From Psilocybe cubensis (lineage: Eukaryota), in contig CM038999.1 of assembly GCA_017499595.2 (NCBI GenBank), positions 2,294,001-2,358,000 of the forward strand: a stretch of 64,000 nt of DNA. Direction: 5' to 3'. The notes under the pieces were generated by a model. The model ran no database searches. It worked only from the letters and a program-made list of their open reading frames with translations, and had not been told where the DNA came from. Shown here in pieces: positions 35,664 through 48,703 of this stretch; position 1 is the first letter of the stretch, and every line of letters begins with the position of its first letter. Position numbers and translations under genes: made by a program.

Positions 35664-38600
35664 ATGCTGGCCACAGGCTCCCTTCCCCTTCGTGAACACT
35701 CACATCTTGACTTCCATACCAACAGCGGCCCTCCCCACTCAGATCAGCTCGCGTTGGAGGATAGGCTCTGTCCAGGTTGCAAAAAGTCTGTTGTGAACGA
35801 GCAGGGCGGTCTGGTCGTTGCCTTTGGGTCAGTCGCGTCCAGTTCCTACCTCGTTTGTCCACGTCTTGACCCCTCCCTCCCTTTTCCAGGCAATCCTTCT
35901 TCCATGTCGACTGCTTTAAATGTGCCAAATGTCGAAACCAGGTCACTGCAGACACAAATCTTCTTCTTTTGTCAGATGGCTCTCCCATATGTGCCAACTG
36001 CTCCTACAGCTGCAATATTTGTCAGTTGCCAATCCTTGACGAAGCTATCATGACCGGCGACGACTCGTACCATGCACACTGCTTCAAGTGCAAAGTGTGC
36101 AGCAACCGTATCGATGAACTCGTCTTCGCAAAGACGAGTCAGGGTATCTATTGTATGAATTGTCATAACGAGCGTATGATCAAGATTCGCAAACACGCTC
36201 AGAAGAAGGCAGAAAGGGAGAGGGCAAACGGGGGCAGCGGTTCTTCTAGGTCAAGGGAAAACGATGCAAGGAATTTCCATCGCGATACAGACGTGCGTAT
36301 TCTATATTTTGACTTGAAGTAATCAAGGTTTGACACTCGGCGAGCAGGCTCGTTCAGGAGCTTCTAAACCTCCACCTATCCAACAACCTTCTCGCTCCGA
36401 AGGCCCACGCGTAGCTGAACCTTCAAACAATGCCGCGAAGCCGGCCCAAGCGCCCTACATGAATGACGCATTCGATCCAACCCCTCCGTACTCTCATCCG
36501 TCACATTTAGACTCTCCTTCGTTCACGTTGGCGCCGCCAGGAGAGCCTGAGCGTAATGACCTGCATGCCCTTAATAGTCCTCGCCAATCTTTCGACTCTT
36601 CACGTCAAAATAAAGGCCCTTCACGAACAAATACACTTCCTGTTCCTCCTTTGTCAACTGCTCCAGAGTCCAAACGAAGAAGCAGCTACGACGATGGTGT
36701 CCGCCCCTTGAACAACCTTCTTAAGCAAGACACACAGGCAGACAAGAACACACTCCACCCGAATGCGCTACTCAATAGTTCAGCGTCGACAGAAGGGCTT
36801 TCTGTGACATCCCGTCGTGACAAGCGCCGTTCTATCAACCCAGGCGCAACCCTTCCATCTTTCAAAGACGTACCTTCAAATCAAGCTTCCGACGCGGTGT
36901 CACGTTCAGCATCTTTTTCTACTCACGAACAGTCTATATCTTCTTCTGCCCCGCCCTACATGACATCTTCCGGACAATCTCAAGCATTTACAAAACCTAC
37001 TCCATCTTCTTCTCGCCCACCTTCAAGCTCTAGTTCCACTTCATCGACTAGTCACTTTAATGGTGCAGACCAAATTAGATCTCGCTCACCATCTGTCCAG
37101 CAATCCAACCAAGATGACACGATAACCATGGCATCTCCCCCTAGTCGGATTGCCGAATTGGAAAATGGAGAACCTATCACAACGAATGCCAACTTTAACG
37201 ACGACAGAACGTCATCCAATACTGTGACTTCTCAAGCCCAACGATCTTCAGCAACTCTTAGCCCAATAGAACAGCGGTTCCGCCGTGAACGCAGGTTATC
37301 CTCAAACTCTACACATTCGAAATCGCCTTCCAGAGCAGCATCGCCTGCATATCGCGCAGACGTTCCCCGAGGTATCGAAAGCGGTACAGATACCGAAACA
37401 GACGACACAGACGCCTCTCCATATCCTCCAAACACCTCACTTCCACCTGCCCCCCCGCCCAAGGACGTCAAAGATCTCAATCATAATCAAAGTGCACCTC
37501 CTAATATCTCGATCGCAGACACCAGCGTCGATCCTGATTCATCAGAAATGTTCCCCCACGACATGTCAGACGACATGAATGAATCCCTCGCCGTCGAACG
37601 CACGTCGCGTGCAACATTTATTGCCCCTGCCCTTCCTCCTATTCGAATTTCCTTGAGCCCTAGTGACTTCTCGGAGCTGCTCAGCTCTATGGGCGGCTTC
37701 CCCCCTTTGAAGTCTTTGGATAATTTAGCCAACTTGACAAAGCAATCGCAATTGCAACAACAGCAACAGCAGGACACCATCCCGTCTACACCCCCGCCGA
37801 CAGCATCTTTGACTCCGACAGTTAAAGTTGCAGGCAACACACCTACACTTGGTATATCAGAGAGTGATGATGGTCAGGAACCCATCTACAGCGATTATTT
37901 CCCAGATGTAGGGAATTTAAATAAGAGTTCAGCATCTCACTCCCGAACGCCTGGAAGCTCAGATTCTAGTGCGGCAAGTAGCCCAAGTACTATTCAGCCC
38001 TCGCCGAGACGGAATCCCTCTGAATCAGATTTGGTGATCCTTCGTCTGCGGGAAATTCTGAATGGCGCAAAGGAAAAAGGGGCTCAGCATCTCAAGGTCG
38101 ACATTGGGTTTGTGGAAGCTATTGTTGAACTGTTGGAATCTAAGAATAACGAATACTACCGTATGAAGAACAAAGTGGATGGCATGAATGTAAGCTTTTT
38201 GTTGTGGTTACCGGTGTTTTGTGCTTACTCGGGAATCCCAGAGGGAAAGCAAAATGTACATGGACGGTTTAACGGTCGCGCAAGCCGAGTATGACCGGGA
38301 ACTGAAAGCTCGCCGAGATGCAGAGGCGGAAGTGACAAAACTTCGAGTCCTACTTTCTGGACAGGCCGTCCGGCTCTCAACATTGTCAGGTGACAGGCAA
38401 CGGCAAGAGCTCCGCCAACAGCTCTCACAGCAGCTAAATGAAAATTTATCTGGACTAGAACATGATTTATCCCGCTTGAAAGTAGAAAGGGACGTCACTC
38501 TGGCTGAAGTGGAAGAGCTTTCCACTAAAAAGTATTTGACATATATTTAAAATCGTATATCCTTTGCTAATGTTTTCTTCTAGGTCCTCGGGCAGTGCGG

Positions 38601-40204
38601 CGGACGTGGGTCCTACGAATTTGGGTAGATCGTTGACGAAGAAATTGGAGGGTATACGCAATCAGTATCAACGAGAACTCGTGCCATTGACCGAGCAGAA
38701 GGAAGTTCTGACTCGGGAAATTGCGGAACTAAAGGCAGTGAGAGATGTCTTTTTGGAGGAGACAGCGGCCTTGAACGCGCGGAACGAAGAATTGGCCCAA
38801 CTCAGCGCCGTATACAGTCGACGACTAGACAACGCAACCCCGGAGGCAGTTCCTGAGGCACCTTCTAAACCTGAAGCGTCGCAATCACCCAACGACAACA
38901 CCCGCTCTCAAGCGCCAACATATCTTGTGCCTCCTTCCCTCAGCACATCGACCAGTGGCTCTACTACGGTGTACGACGATAGTGCCGAACCCCGAATCAT
39001 AAAGGCACAGAAGTCAGAAAACGAGCTGCATACTCCTGCGAAGCCCAAGTTCAAATGGCCAGGTACCAAGGCCAAAGACTTTTCTTCTCCCTCAAGCTCC
39101 GAGACAACAAAGGGTAAAGCGCATATTGAGCATAATTTCCAACAATTGAGTATCTTGCGCTTCACTCGTTGTGATCACTGTGGAGATAAAATGTGGGGCT
39201 CTCAGCTTCGCTGCACAGGTTTGCTTCTTTGTGCATTATCTATATATCTATAATTAAAGAGTATTTCTATGCAGTTTGCTCGACTTCAATTCATGTTCGC
39301 TGTATCGCCAATGTGCATATACCATGTTCTCAGCAGCAGCAGCAACATAATGTTGTAGAAGAACGAATCCCTCTTCGTGAGTACTATTTTATCAACCCAC
39401 TGATGATGCTTAATTGTTTTTAGCGCCCTCCATGTTTGGCAGGGACTTGACTGAGCAGGTCCATGCCGACGCCAGGGGAGATGACCGACAAGTTCCTGTG
39501 ATTGTTGAGAAATGTATTCAAGCAGTTGAAGCTCGAGGTTAGTCACTTGCAACTTAACACATGAACCTGCATTCAACATCCTATGATCAGCCCTGGATTA
39601 TGAAGGTATTTATCGAAAATCGGGAGGCTCTGGGCAAACAAAGGCTATTACCCAGCTGTTCGAGCGTGGCGATTACGCATCATTTGATCTGTGCGACATG
39701 GACAAATTCAACGATATCTGCAGCATCACATCAGTTTTAAAGACATACTTCCGCTTGCTGCCAATCCCACTCTTGACTTTCGATCTACACGACCAGTTTA
39801 CAGCCGCGATTGATATCAAAGATTCATCTAAACATGAGACTTTGGTTGACCTAGTACACAGACTACCTGATGAACATTTCTTCACACTACGCATGCTCAT
39901 GCTACATCTGCACCGGTTAGTTACCTTTTGTTATCTTATTATGACACTTTATTAAGCTCTTTTATCCTTTCCAGCGTTTATGAACGCTCTGAAAGAAATC
40001 TTATGTCTGCAAGAAATCTCGGGGTCGTTTTCGGGCGTAAGTGCATCTTTTGGGGGCGTGTCATGATCTAACGAATGTTTTTGAACAGCAACATTGATGA
40101 GATCCAGAGACCCGGCAGCTGAGTTCAGTGATATGGCTGGGAAAGCCCTTTTCATTGAGTGGCTAGTAGAAAACGCTATGGAGGTTTTTGACACGACAGA
40201 GTAA
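35664..40204 (+). CDS. Rho GTPase-activating protein with N-terminal LIM domains, coiled coil, C1 domain and RhoGAP domain (Rga-like)
   Basis: LIM motifs CPGC..FHVDCFKCAKC and YHAHCFKCKVC; C1 domain HNFQQ..RCDHC..C..C..HVRC; GAP domain EGIYRKSG, LKTYFRLLP, NLMSARNLGVVFG. Confidence 0.93.
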
Positions 40205-40545
40205 ACTTATTTTTTAAAAAGTAAGATTGCACCTACAGGAATTCCGGATTTCTCTATTTGTTTAAGTAGCTATCCAATTTATGTATCTGTGTTTGGATCC
40301 ACTACTTTATTTCCTTTGTTCACATCTATATATTTTTTCATTGTTTTATCCATTTCTCTTACATACCCTTTTTTGTTCGCATGTACTCTTAGGCGTAGTA
40401 ATACGGACCGAGGCGTCGATTATCCAGTCATGGTGTTGACCAGTTTTTTAAATAAGAAAGAACATGTCTTAATGTGTAGTTACAATTTTCTGCGTTAAAG
40501 ACACGAACAACTCATTGCCAACCTGGACTGAGGAGCTCGAACTTG

Positions 40546-42489
40546 TCATAGTAGATCCCTAGATTTGCCCTTCTTGTGGCCTTGACTGGGCTCCTGCTTT
40601 AATGTACAGTATAGGAAGTGCCGGCGAGGCCCGTTAACTGTTGCCGATGCAGCGGCAACAGCAACCCTGCCACCCAGAGGAACAGCATCAGTCCCTGCAC
40701 CACGAACGCCAAGAGAAAACATTCTATCGAATACTAGAAAACCAATTGTTTAATTTGTGAAAGTATGCATACTAGTACTATGGTTAACTTACAAGTAGCA
40801 ACGAATGCTTTGGCACTGGCTTGACAGGCTGTGTGAGTTAAGGCCAAAGGTGGGTTGATGCCTTCTAACATCCGTAGATAACGAAATGCCATCGATGGTT
40901 GTGGATTTCCTACGGAGAGTAAGTTGAAAGAACAGGAAAGGGTTTGTTTAGATCGATTTACCAAAACGGTTAACAGCGTTATAGGCTTGCCGCCACTTCT
41001 CTTCCAAAAGCTTTGCACACACTGCAGAGTCTGGACAGGTTGGGCACTGGAACCAATCTGAGCTACATTTCTTCATGGAAAAGAAAAGAAATCGTACACA
41101 TTGATACTCCTTTGCAACCATCGTTATGCCCAGCTTAAGTACACGCTCTAAAAACCAGCTACGTCTGAAGAAACAAACATCAACTTCCAAGCGTTTAAAT
41201 AACATACGTATGATACCCACCGCTTTTCCAATTTCAGTAGGGTTTCTTTACTGAGTATGTTCATTTCCGGATTGTTCATATCTCCTGGATTATCGAGTAC
41301 AAAACGACTAGCTTCACGGTAAAGCTCCTCTTCTTGAAAAATCTCAGCGATACGCATCGCCTTTAAAGGCTTTCCCGCTGCATGTGTAAGGAGAAACGTA
41401 AGGCATTCGCTTTGTAATGAGGGGACAGAGAATTTATGAGAGATGTTCATCAGGCCAGCAACATTATTCCAAGTAATTGTGCATTCCATTCTGTCGGTTA
41501 ATGGCAAGTTACATACACAAATACTTACGGAGAATGTATGGAACTCACTGTGGATAACTATATTTGAGAAAATCGTGGAATATGCTTGCCTGAAAGGACC
41601 TCTCAATGCAGCCAAGTAAACAGGAAAAAAGGCCGCAAGAAACATACCTTCTCTTCCTTAAGCACGATCTCGGCTTCTGGGCCATTCCTAGGATTACAGT
41701 GAACGATTGCCTGAGCTCCTGTAATGGATCTACTTGCAGAGTCTATTCGGGCTTGCGTGGAAGATGATGAAGAAGTAGTTCGGAGAGAACGAGACTTTCC
41801 TGAACCCTGAAGAGACCACAGACTGTCCTCTCGCTGCCTGGCCTTTTCAGATTCGGAGATATCTTGGTCTCGTTGTTCCGAGTCATTCTTGGACGAATCG
41901 AATTCAGGTATAACATCCATTTCATCGAATTCTGATGACGTATCCGCTGCTGAACTAGTATCATTGTCTGGGTCTGTGGAAATCCCAACAGAAGTACGGC
42001 GAGGTATGCTTCCTCCCTTCCGGAGGCGCGACTGAGAAATAGTGGCAATAGAAGACATAGACGTAGGACGCCCTGTTTCCGCCCAATTTCCACTCAAAGC
42101 GGCTTCAAAAAAAGGAGAGGCAAAATAAAGGATCTCCTTGTGTGCCCTGTAGAATCATATCAATGACTAAGGATGTTGAAGAAACGCATACAGGCGAACC
42201 AGAACGTTGTACTCTCAACAACAATTTTCACAGTTCCCGGGAATCTACAGTTCTTGGTGAATGTTTCATGGATCTCAATGGGAACGGCCCCCTCGTCCTC
42301 GTCTGCACTGAGCTCGGACTCAATCTCATCAGTTTCGTATTCCTCATATAGCCACGGCGGAGAACCTGAAGATCTGAAAACTCCAGAAGCGGCAGCATGT
42401 GTCTCAGTTGGTGAGCTCAGAGAGGCAGAAGGATTATTGAGTCCGCGAGAGTTGCGGGCAATCAGAATGTGAGATGGATTTGTGGTCAT
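40546..42489 (-). CDS. Conserved hypothetical protein, BTB/POZ-like
   Basis: GTVKIVVESTTFW..HKEIL..F.AALSGNWAET, then LMNISHKFSVPSLQSEC and ELYREASRFVLD, as in fungal BTB-like proteins. An alternative ATG lies at 42501. Confidence 0.65.
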
Positions 42490-42550
42490 GGTGGTAAGCA
42501 TGTAAGATGTACTAATAACACAGCCACAATGATTCAAGTATCCTATACTT

Positions 42551-43620
42551 TTATCTTTTTTTATCTTTAGCTCGCCCAACATTTTTACTCGTCTCGTCGA
42601 CGTCCTTGCGTTTCCCCAATGAATGACGAGTGTCCATGTCGCTTTCGACTTCCTCCTCCTCCTCATCAGATTCGGGTTCAGAGTCTGAACCCTCTTCAGC
42701 CTCGGATTCCTCTAATTCTGATTTGTCTTCATTGTCCTTCTGCGATTTTGTATTGCCATTCTGGTTTGTATGGCGCGGGGAGAATGGGTCTGGTTGTATT
42801 GAACCAAGAAGAGAAAGCATTTCATTAGCCACGGTGAGTCTGTGGATGTCATGAGAATAATCTGGCCAAAGAAATAGACCAAAGCAAACAAACCCAATAA
42901 CTGTGAATTGCAAGACGCCATCTTGACCTCCCAATGGCTCTCCAGTCATCCGTTTTACCCATTTCCCTCCGCTACTATGGTCAATTTCTTGACCATCTTC
43001 AGCCGTAGTGGCTTCGTGTCCTTGGCTGTCTGTTTTTCCGTATTCCGGATCGTTTTCAGCCGGGCCATACTCAAATTCCCATTCTTCAATCGGAATATGA
43101 TGCCGGGGTATTGAAACATTGAAAGTTCGATGTACAAGGAGGGATATGTGGTCTGGAGAGCACAGATTGACCTTTGCAACTTTATAAAGATATTGTCACT
43201 GAATGCTCGTAGGAATGAATATGAGAACCTACAAAGACTCTGACCAACGCGAGGACTCCATACAGTTGCGTCGAAAGATACTGTGCAAACCAAAAAGGGA
43301 CAGTCGACCTGAATAGCAGCGACTTTGTCCAAGAATTTTAGATTTGAATGAGCAAGAACGACGCCTTTTAATGAGGGTATGTATCTAGAAAGTGTCAAGC
43401 ACTATTTTTTTTAGATTTTGTGAACCATAGCACACCTCATAATCATGGAATCAAGGAGTTCGTTTGCCCCTGCCGCTGGGTTTGCGGCAAAAACGGGTGG
43501 AATAGAAAGGACAAGAGAAGCCTGGACAAGTTTAAATTCTCCATCGGAGACGTGAGAGTCTTTGAGCTTTTTGTTTGGAGGATTGACTGAAGACTCTACT
43601 TTGCGTTTTGAAGGGGACAT
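42551..43620 (-). CDS. RPA43: RNA polymerase I subunit Rpa43
   Basis: LSIPPVFAANP, MRYIPSLKGVVLAHSNL, VWSPRVGQ, PDHISLLVHRTFNVSIP, LSLLGSIQ, then an acidic/basic tail. Confidence 0.87.
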
Positions 43621-43725
43621 TGTTATGGTCAGAATCAAATCAAGCAAAAGAATTTTGTAATCACGTGGACGTGATGTATTTTCATTTCGACTGAGCAGCG
43701 AACAATTTCACTCTACACACCACCC

Positions 43726-44388
43726 ATGGTATGTACCTCGTCATATTCCGGGAAATCCTCTGATATTCTATCCAGGCATCTCCCAAAGCCATTATCCAGA
43801 TATTTATTACTGGAACTAGGATCTTGGGCAAAGCTTTCTGGGAGGCAGGCAGACAGGCAGCCAAAAGTAAATTTCGTTCCGATATATTCCAGCCTCTGTG
43901 GTCTCGTATTCACCATCTTTCTCCCAAGATGCCAGGTCATCTCCTGCCGCAGCTATGGGCAACGACTCTGCGGGTGTAGGGCACGCAACGTCCGGTTCAC
44001 CCACCGACCAGCTGACACGCCAGCATCGTATGACGCTCGACGAGGCCCAGCTAATCCTCAACGTAAAGCGCGGGGATGATATGAAGCAGATTCTTAAGGT
44101 GAGTGTTGCTTTTTTATCCTATCTATATATTCTCCTAATTCGACCCTCCAGAATTATGAACATCTTTTCAAAGCCAACTCACCACCCCCGCCACCAGAAA
44201 AACCAGTTCCGGGTAAAAAGGCAGTTGCACCAACACATTCTCACTACCTACAATCAAAAGTGTTCCGTGCTCGGGAAAGAATAGAAGCCGAGATGAAAAT
44301 TGCAGAAGCTCCAAAAGAAACGCCGGCGACTGGCCCTAACCCTCATACTAACCATCCCCCAGACCCTCCGCATGCAGGCCAGGCTTGA
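43726..44388 (+). CDS. PAM16: Mitochondrial import motor subunit Pam16/Tim16; first coding exon is the ATG alone
   Basis: ILGKAFWEAGRQA, MTLDEAQLILNV, YEHLFKAN, SHYLQSKVFRARERIEAE. Confidence 0.94.
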
Positions 44389-44521
44389 CGCCTTTGCCAT
44401 AACGATAATTCCTAATGTACAGCTCTATTAATTGACACCCCTATTCATAGAAACGACTTCATGTTGCTTTCAATCTTATACACGCGTGTCAAGGATTTTT
44501 TCTGTAAGTATTCAGACCTTT

Positions 44522-46228
44522 CTAACCACCAGAGCCCTTTGTCTTCCGTTTGCTCCACCCAAGGAAACTATTGCTTGCTCTGGCGACCATGTTCTTTATT
44601 CGTTCCCGTTTTACGCCTGATTTCGATTTTGTACTTTGCTCTGGGGTGAAGTCAATAAACGACTTCGTATCTTGTGCAAACACCAAGTTATGAGAGGTTG
44701 TATTTTTGTGTTCCGATCGGAGCGACAATGTACTATCCAATCTCTCCGGAATGACATCGTTGCAAGCGACATGTAATTGCTGACCTAGATTGTGAGAAGC
44801 GCCAGCGCTAGATACTGGAGTCGACATATGATGGCGCCACACCCTTTCTCTGTGGAAATCTTCGAAACGACCGCTATCTTGAGCGTAGTATTGGGTCGGA
44901 TCAAGGTGATCTCCTGGAACACTTGCTGAGGGCCAGATATCATGTGTTCCTTCAACATGACTATTCCGACTGAAAGCTTTGTCTCCTTCCAATGCCCGTA
45001 AAATGGATCGAAAAGAACGAGCCTTGGGTAAAGTTTTTTGCCCGATGCGAACTGAAGTATTAACGTTTTCGCCTCCGCCGATGTCTTTCTGGTTATCGGA
45101 TCTCATACTCGCAACTTTGCGGATAATTCGCGGGAGGGCACCCAGTGTCAAAGGCCGTGTTTCCTGTCTACCTAAGGCTGTTGTACTATGTTCATTCGTC
45201 TTCAACTCTGCCGCAGATAGGAAATCTTTGGAGAAACGAATGGGGCGCGATGCCGTCCTGTCTGATAATGTCCCTGATTCGCTAGAGAGGTTTCCAGAGG
45301 AAACGTCTGCGCGCGACTCGCAAGGGTTGAACTCTTGAAAAGTAAACGGTCGTATGTATTCCAAATCCTCAGGTTCCAGTTTTCGGGCGCAATTGATACT
45401 TGAACTTGTTGCCCTCCTTCTTGACAAGGCACTAGCAGAATCTACTGTGTCAATTTGTAAACTGTCGGACGTTGAAGGCGACTCGCGGTGAGGGTCATTC
45501 CCCTTAGGGCGCATCCCTAAATCCGCAGCCTCTGGCACCCTTGACCTCCAGTGTTGAACATCTGAGAAATCCTTGTCAAGTCCCCGCTCTGGTAAAAACC
45601 AGGGAGAACTTCGCATACGGCGTATTACAGGGCTTCCGATTGGAGGAGGTTCAGGGAAATCAGCAGAAGAGATATCATACAGAGATGGATCAGGCTCTGA
45701 ATCACTCTCTGAAAGGGCTGCTGTTGAATAAATGTCCTGAAATGATGGCTCTTTACACAGATCTCCAAAATGTGTTCCGTAGCGGCGCGAAGAATGGTGA
45801 GATGCGCGAGTTCGCTTGCCCAGAGGAAGGCGGTCGTAAGGCGCTGCCCCGACTTGACGTTGCTCCGAGGATGCACATTGCGACGCCTCCCCATGTATGT
45901 CAGAAAATCGACGATTAGACAGAGGAGCAGGAATGGGTCGGGACACCCTAAAATCTGAAGATGTGGAAACTGAAGGATAAAGAGCGATACTATGCCTGCA
46001 GGTTAAACGTCAATAGCTAACAGCGTTGCTTCCTGTAGCTGTTTACCTTGATGCAAAAGAGCGACCTGAACCATTGTACTGGGCCAAAGAAAGCGAAGAC
46101 GCCCGGTCAAATTTGTCAAAGACGAGTTCAGGTTGGGAACGGTACTGCCCAGGGGTATGATGTGAGCCGGTTGAGATCGACGCTGAGCGTCGTGCAGTAC
46201 AAGCGCGTTCCGTGGGGCGAGCACTCAT
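44522..46228 (-). CDS. Hypothetical Ser/Arg-rich disordered protein (two exons)
   Basis: A 474-aa open frame (44522-45946) plus an upstream exon 46228-~46046 with a GT..AG intron. No recognised domain. Confidence 0.65.
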
Positions 46229-46404
46229 TTATTAGTTGTGAATTGAAGATTAAACGAAGCAGGCTCGATCAACCTCGTATAAATCCCGCTTACCAACACT
46301 GGAGCCAACAACACCAAATTTCTTGTATACAATCCATCGCAATTGTGCAATTGAATATTTTATAACAGAAAGAAACTAGTATCGACAAAATGGAAAGGAT
46401 GCAT

Positions 46405-47287
46405 CTAATATACCTTCTTTCCAGCGAGTTGCAAATGCGCACTGTGCTCGTCGTAGGGGAATTTTGAGAGAGGGATCTCGCGCCAGAGATCGGGGGTAAG
46501 GAAAGCATAAGTTTTGGTGATCTATATTTGGAATGTAAGAGATACAGCATATATAGTCAAATGAGATTGACGTACAGCAGCAAAGGTAGCCTTCAAGAAG
46601 TTACCCATAGTGGCAGTTGAGCCCTTGGACTGGGTGTAAACATCCTCGACACCAGCGAGTTGCAGGAGACGCTTGGAGGCGGGGGCAGCGACAATACCAG
46701 TTCCACGGGGCGCAGGGATGAGTCGGCACATGACGGAGCCAACCTTGCCGCTGACCTTTGAAGGGACAGTGTGGGGTTCACCGAGAGCAGCACCCCAGTA
46801 ACCACGGCGCACAGGGATGACAGAGAGTTTAGCGAGGATGATGGCACCACGAATGGCGGTGGCGACTTCCTTTGCGCATTTGACACCGAGACCGACATGT
46901 CCCTCAGAGTCACCGATGGCAACGAAAGCCTTGAAGCGGGTGCGCTGTCCAGCACGGGTCTGTTTCTGGACGGGCATGATTTTCATGACCTCATCCTTGA
47001 GTTTGGGGAGGAAGAAGTCGATAATCTGGTACTCCTTGACTGGGAGAGAGAAGAGATAGATCTCCTCCATAGACTTGATCTTTCCATCCTTCACGAGACG
47101 GCCGAGCTTGGTGACGGGGACCCTTGCATTTATTATCGATAAAAGAGAGAAAGAGATATCGAGACGGGAATACTCACCACTCCTTCTCCTCGTCCTTGCG
47201 TCCACCGCGACGGGGACCCCTGCGGCCACGTCCACGTTCGCCACGACCACGTCCGAATCCTCCGCGTCCACGAGCAGCGTCAGCCAT
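46405..47287 (-). CDS. RPS2: 40S ribosomal protein S2 (uS5); also has a 5'-UTR intron
   Basis: RGG-rich N-terminus, [47 protein letters not shown]. Confidence 0.98.
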
Positions 47288-47650
47288 ATTGATGGGAATA
47301 GAAACTAAAAGAGCCAAGTCAGCCGATGAACATCATCCGAAGGGCAGAATTCGCATCCAGCCCATTCCAGCTGGATACGGGCAGCACGAAGGCAGCCAAA
47401 CGACGAGACGCACTCTGTGGGGTGGATGTTGGGCGAAAAAGGGAGTACTCACAGAGATTGAGGGCGCTGCGTTGACGACGATGGGCACCAGTATGGACTT
47501 TGGAGGACTGTAGGATGAGCGGAAAGAGCCGAGAATGCTGACTCAGCAGTGTCTCTGTGTGACGGCGTGCGTCTGTCTGGCTTGTTGCCTCTTGCTCCTG
47601 TTCACCACAAGCCTCACTACACTCCCGCAAATCTACCAAGTTGGCAGCTT

Positions 47651-48703
47651 ATGTTGTTATCAAAGATGACCAATATATCGAATCAGAAATCTAGTCTTTG
47701 CCCCACGTATGTCCACAGATTATATTGTCCAATCTCCGTCCTAATCTTTTCGTCTATTCAGCAACGGTCGTCAAACCGTTGGGGATGGGGCTTTCTCTTT
47801 CGACAACGAGCCTAGTGTGCTTGCTGTGTGCCATCTACAGGGCAACCAAGACATGTACTACTACTCTACCACGTTCTCTGGAGGGCCTGGGGTAAGTACT
47901 TTCGGTCAGCCTTCTCTCTCTTACTCACTCCCCGAAGTGGCGCTTTTGACGCCCCTAAAGCAAAATGCCCTCCAGACAGAGGGTCGTCGGACTGTGTGAC
48001 AGGCAGTCCGGCGTCTTATTCCGATTATCCCTTTTCCAACTCTCCTTCTCCATCTTTTCCTTCTCCTCCATCCAAGCACACCGCCGTCAACCCTAATGCC
48101 TCTGCCCCAATACCGTTCAGCCCACCCTCTGTCCGATCTGCCGCATCCCCACGAAATATCCCAAGCAGACACAGTTCGATGAGCTCAACACCACCATTGA
48201 CACCTGACGTCGCGAGCGATTACAGTCAGGATAGTGGAAGATCCTTTGCCAATCAAGCTCGCCAGAAAGATGCACTCGACTTTTTGATGACTGTATTCCC
48301 ACACCAAGGTTTATCTGCCCTTCCATTCGCTAAAAGTGTCTCGATATCGGCACCCGATCTGGGTGCGGACTTCGAGGGCATTGTTTTGGAGGTTCCAGGC
48401 TCTGTCAAGACACTCTATGTTGATGGCAAGAGTGCGGCGTCTGTCAGTTTGCGCGAAAGGTAAGGCAAAATGTGTTACTTTTTTACACACAACTTATTTT
48501 TCTTTTCGTTCAGCATCGTTGCGCTTCTTGACCTTGCCGACGAACGCCTAGGGTGCTCTTCTCTTGTCATTGTCCTAGAACGTTCCTCTCCAAACCTTGG
48601 CAAAATCCTCCATTCGCTCATGTACGTCGGTGGTGCAGTTGTTACTAAACCCATGTATCAGGTTGACCCAGCTTTCGTGCTTGTTGGCCTCGAGGTGTCT
48701 TAA
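47651..48703 (+). CDS. OAZ1: Ornithine decarboxylase antizyme, requiring a +1 programmed ribosomal frameshift
   Basis: Spliced ORF1 (introns 47707-47761 and 47892-47937) ends ...VLAVCHLQ..MYYYSTTFSGGPGWRF-TGA. The +1 frame encodes the antizyme domain (KTLYVD..LRESIVALLDLADERLGCSSLVIVLER..LHSLMYVG). Confidence 0.93.
47944..47950 (+). promoter_or_regulatory. +1 ribosomal frameshift site TTT-TGA-C
   Basis: ORF1 ends TTT TGA. The +1 frame continues GAC GCC CCT AAA into ORF2, whose antizyme domain lies downstream. Confidence 0.9.

Noticed and set aside
46593-47142. Long alternative-frame and antisense ORFs over RPS2 (likewise over KTI12, the YR genes and RAD23)
   Set aside because: Shadow ORFs expected from biased codon usage and high GC; no recognisable domains.
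47310-47345. Possible C/D-box snoRNA in the RPS2 intron (ATGATG...CTGA)
   Set aside because: The boxes are only about 10 nt apart, and the CTGAC is better explained as the branch point.
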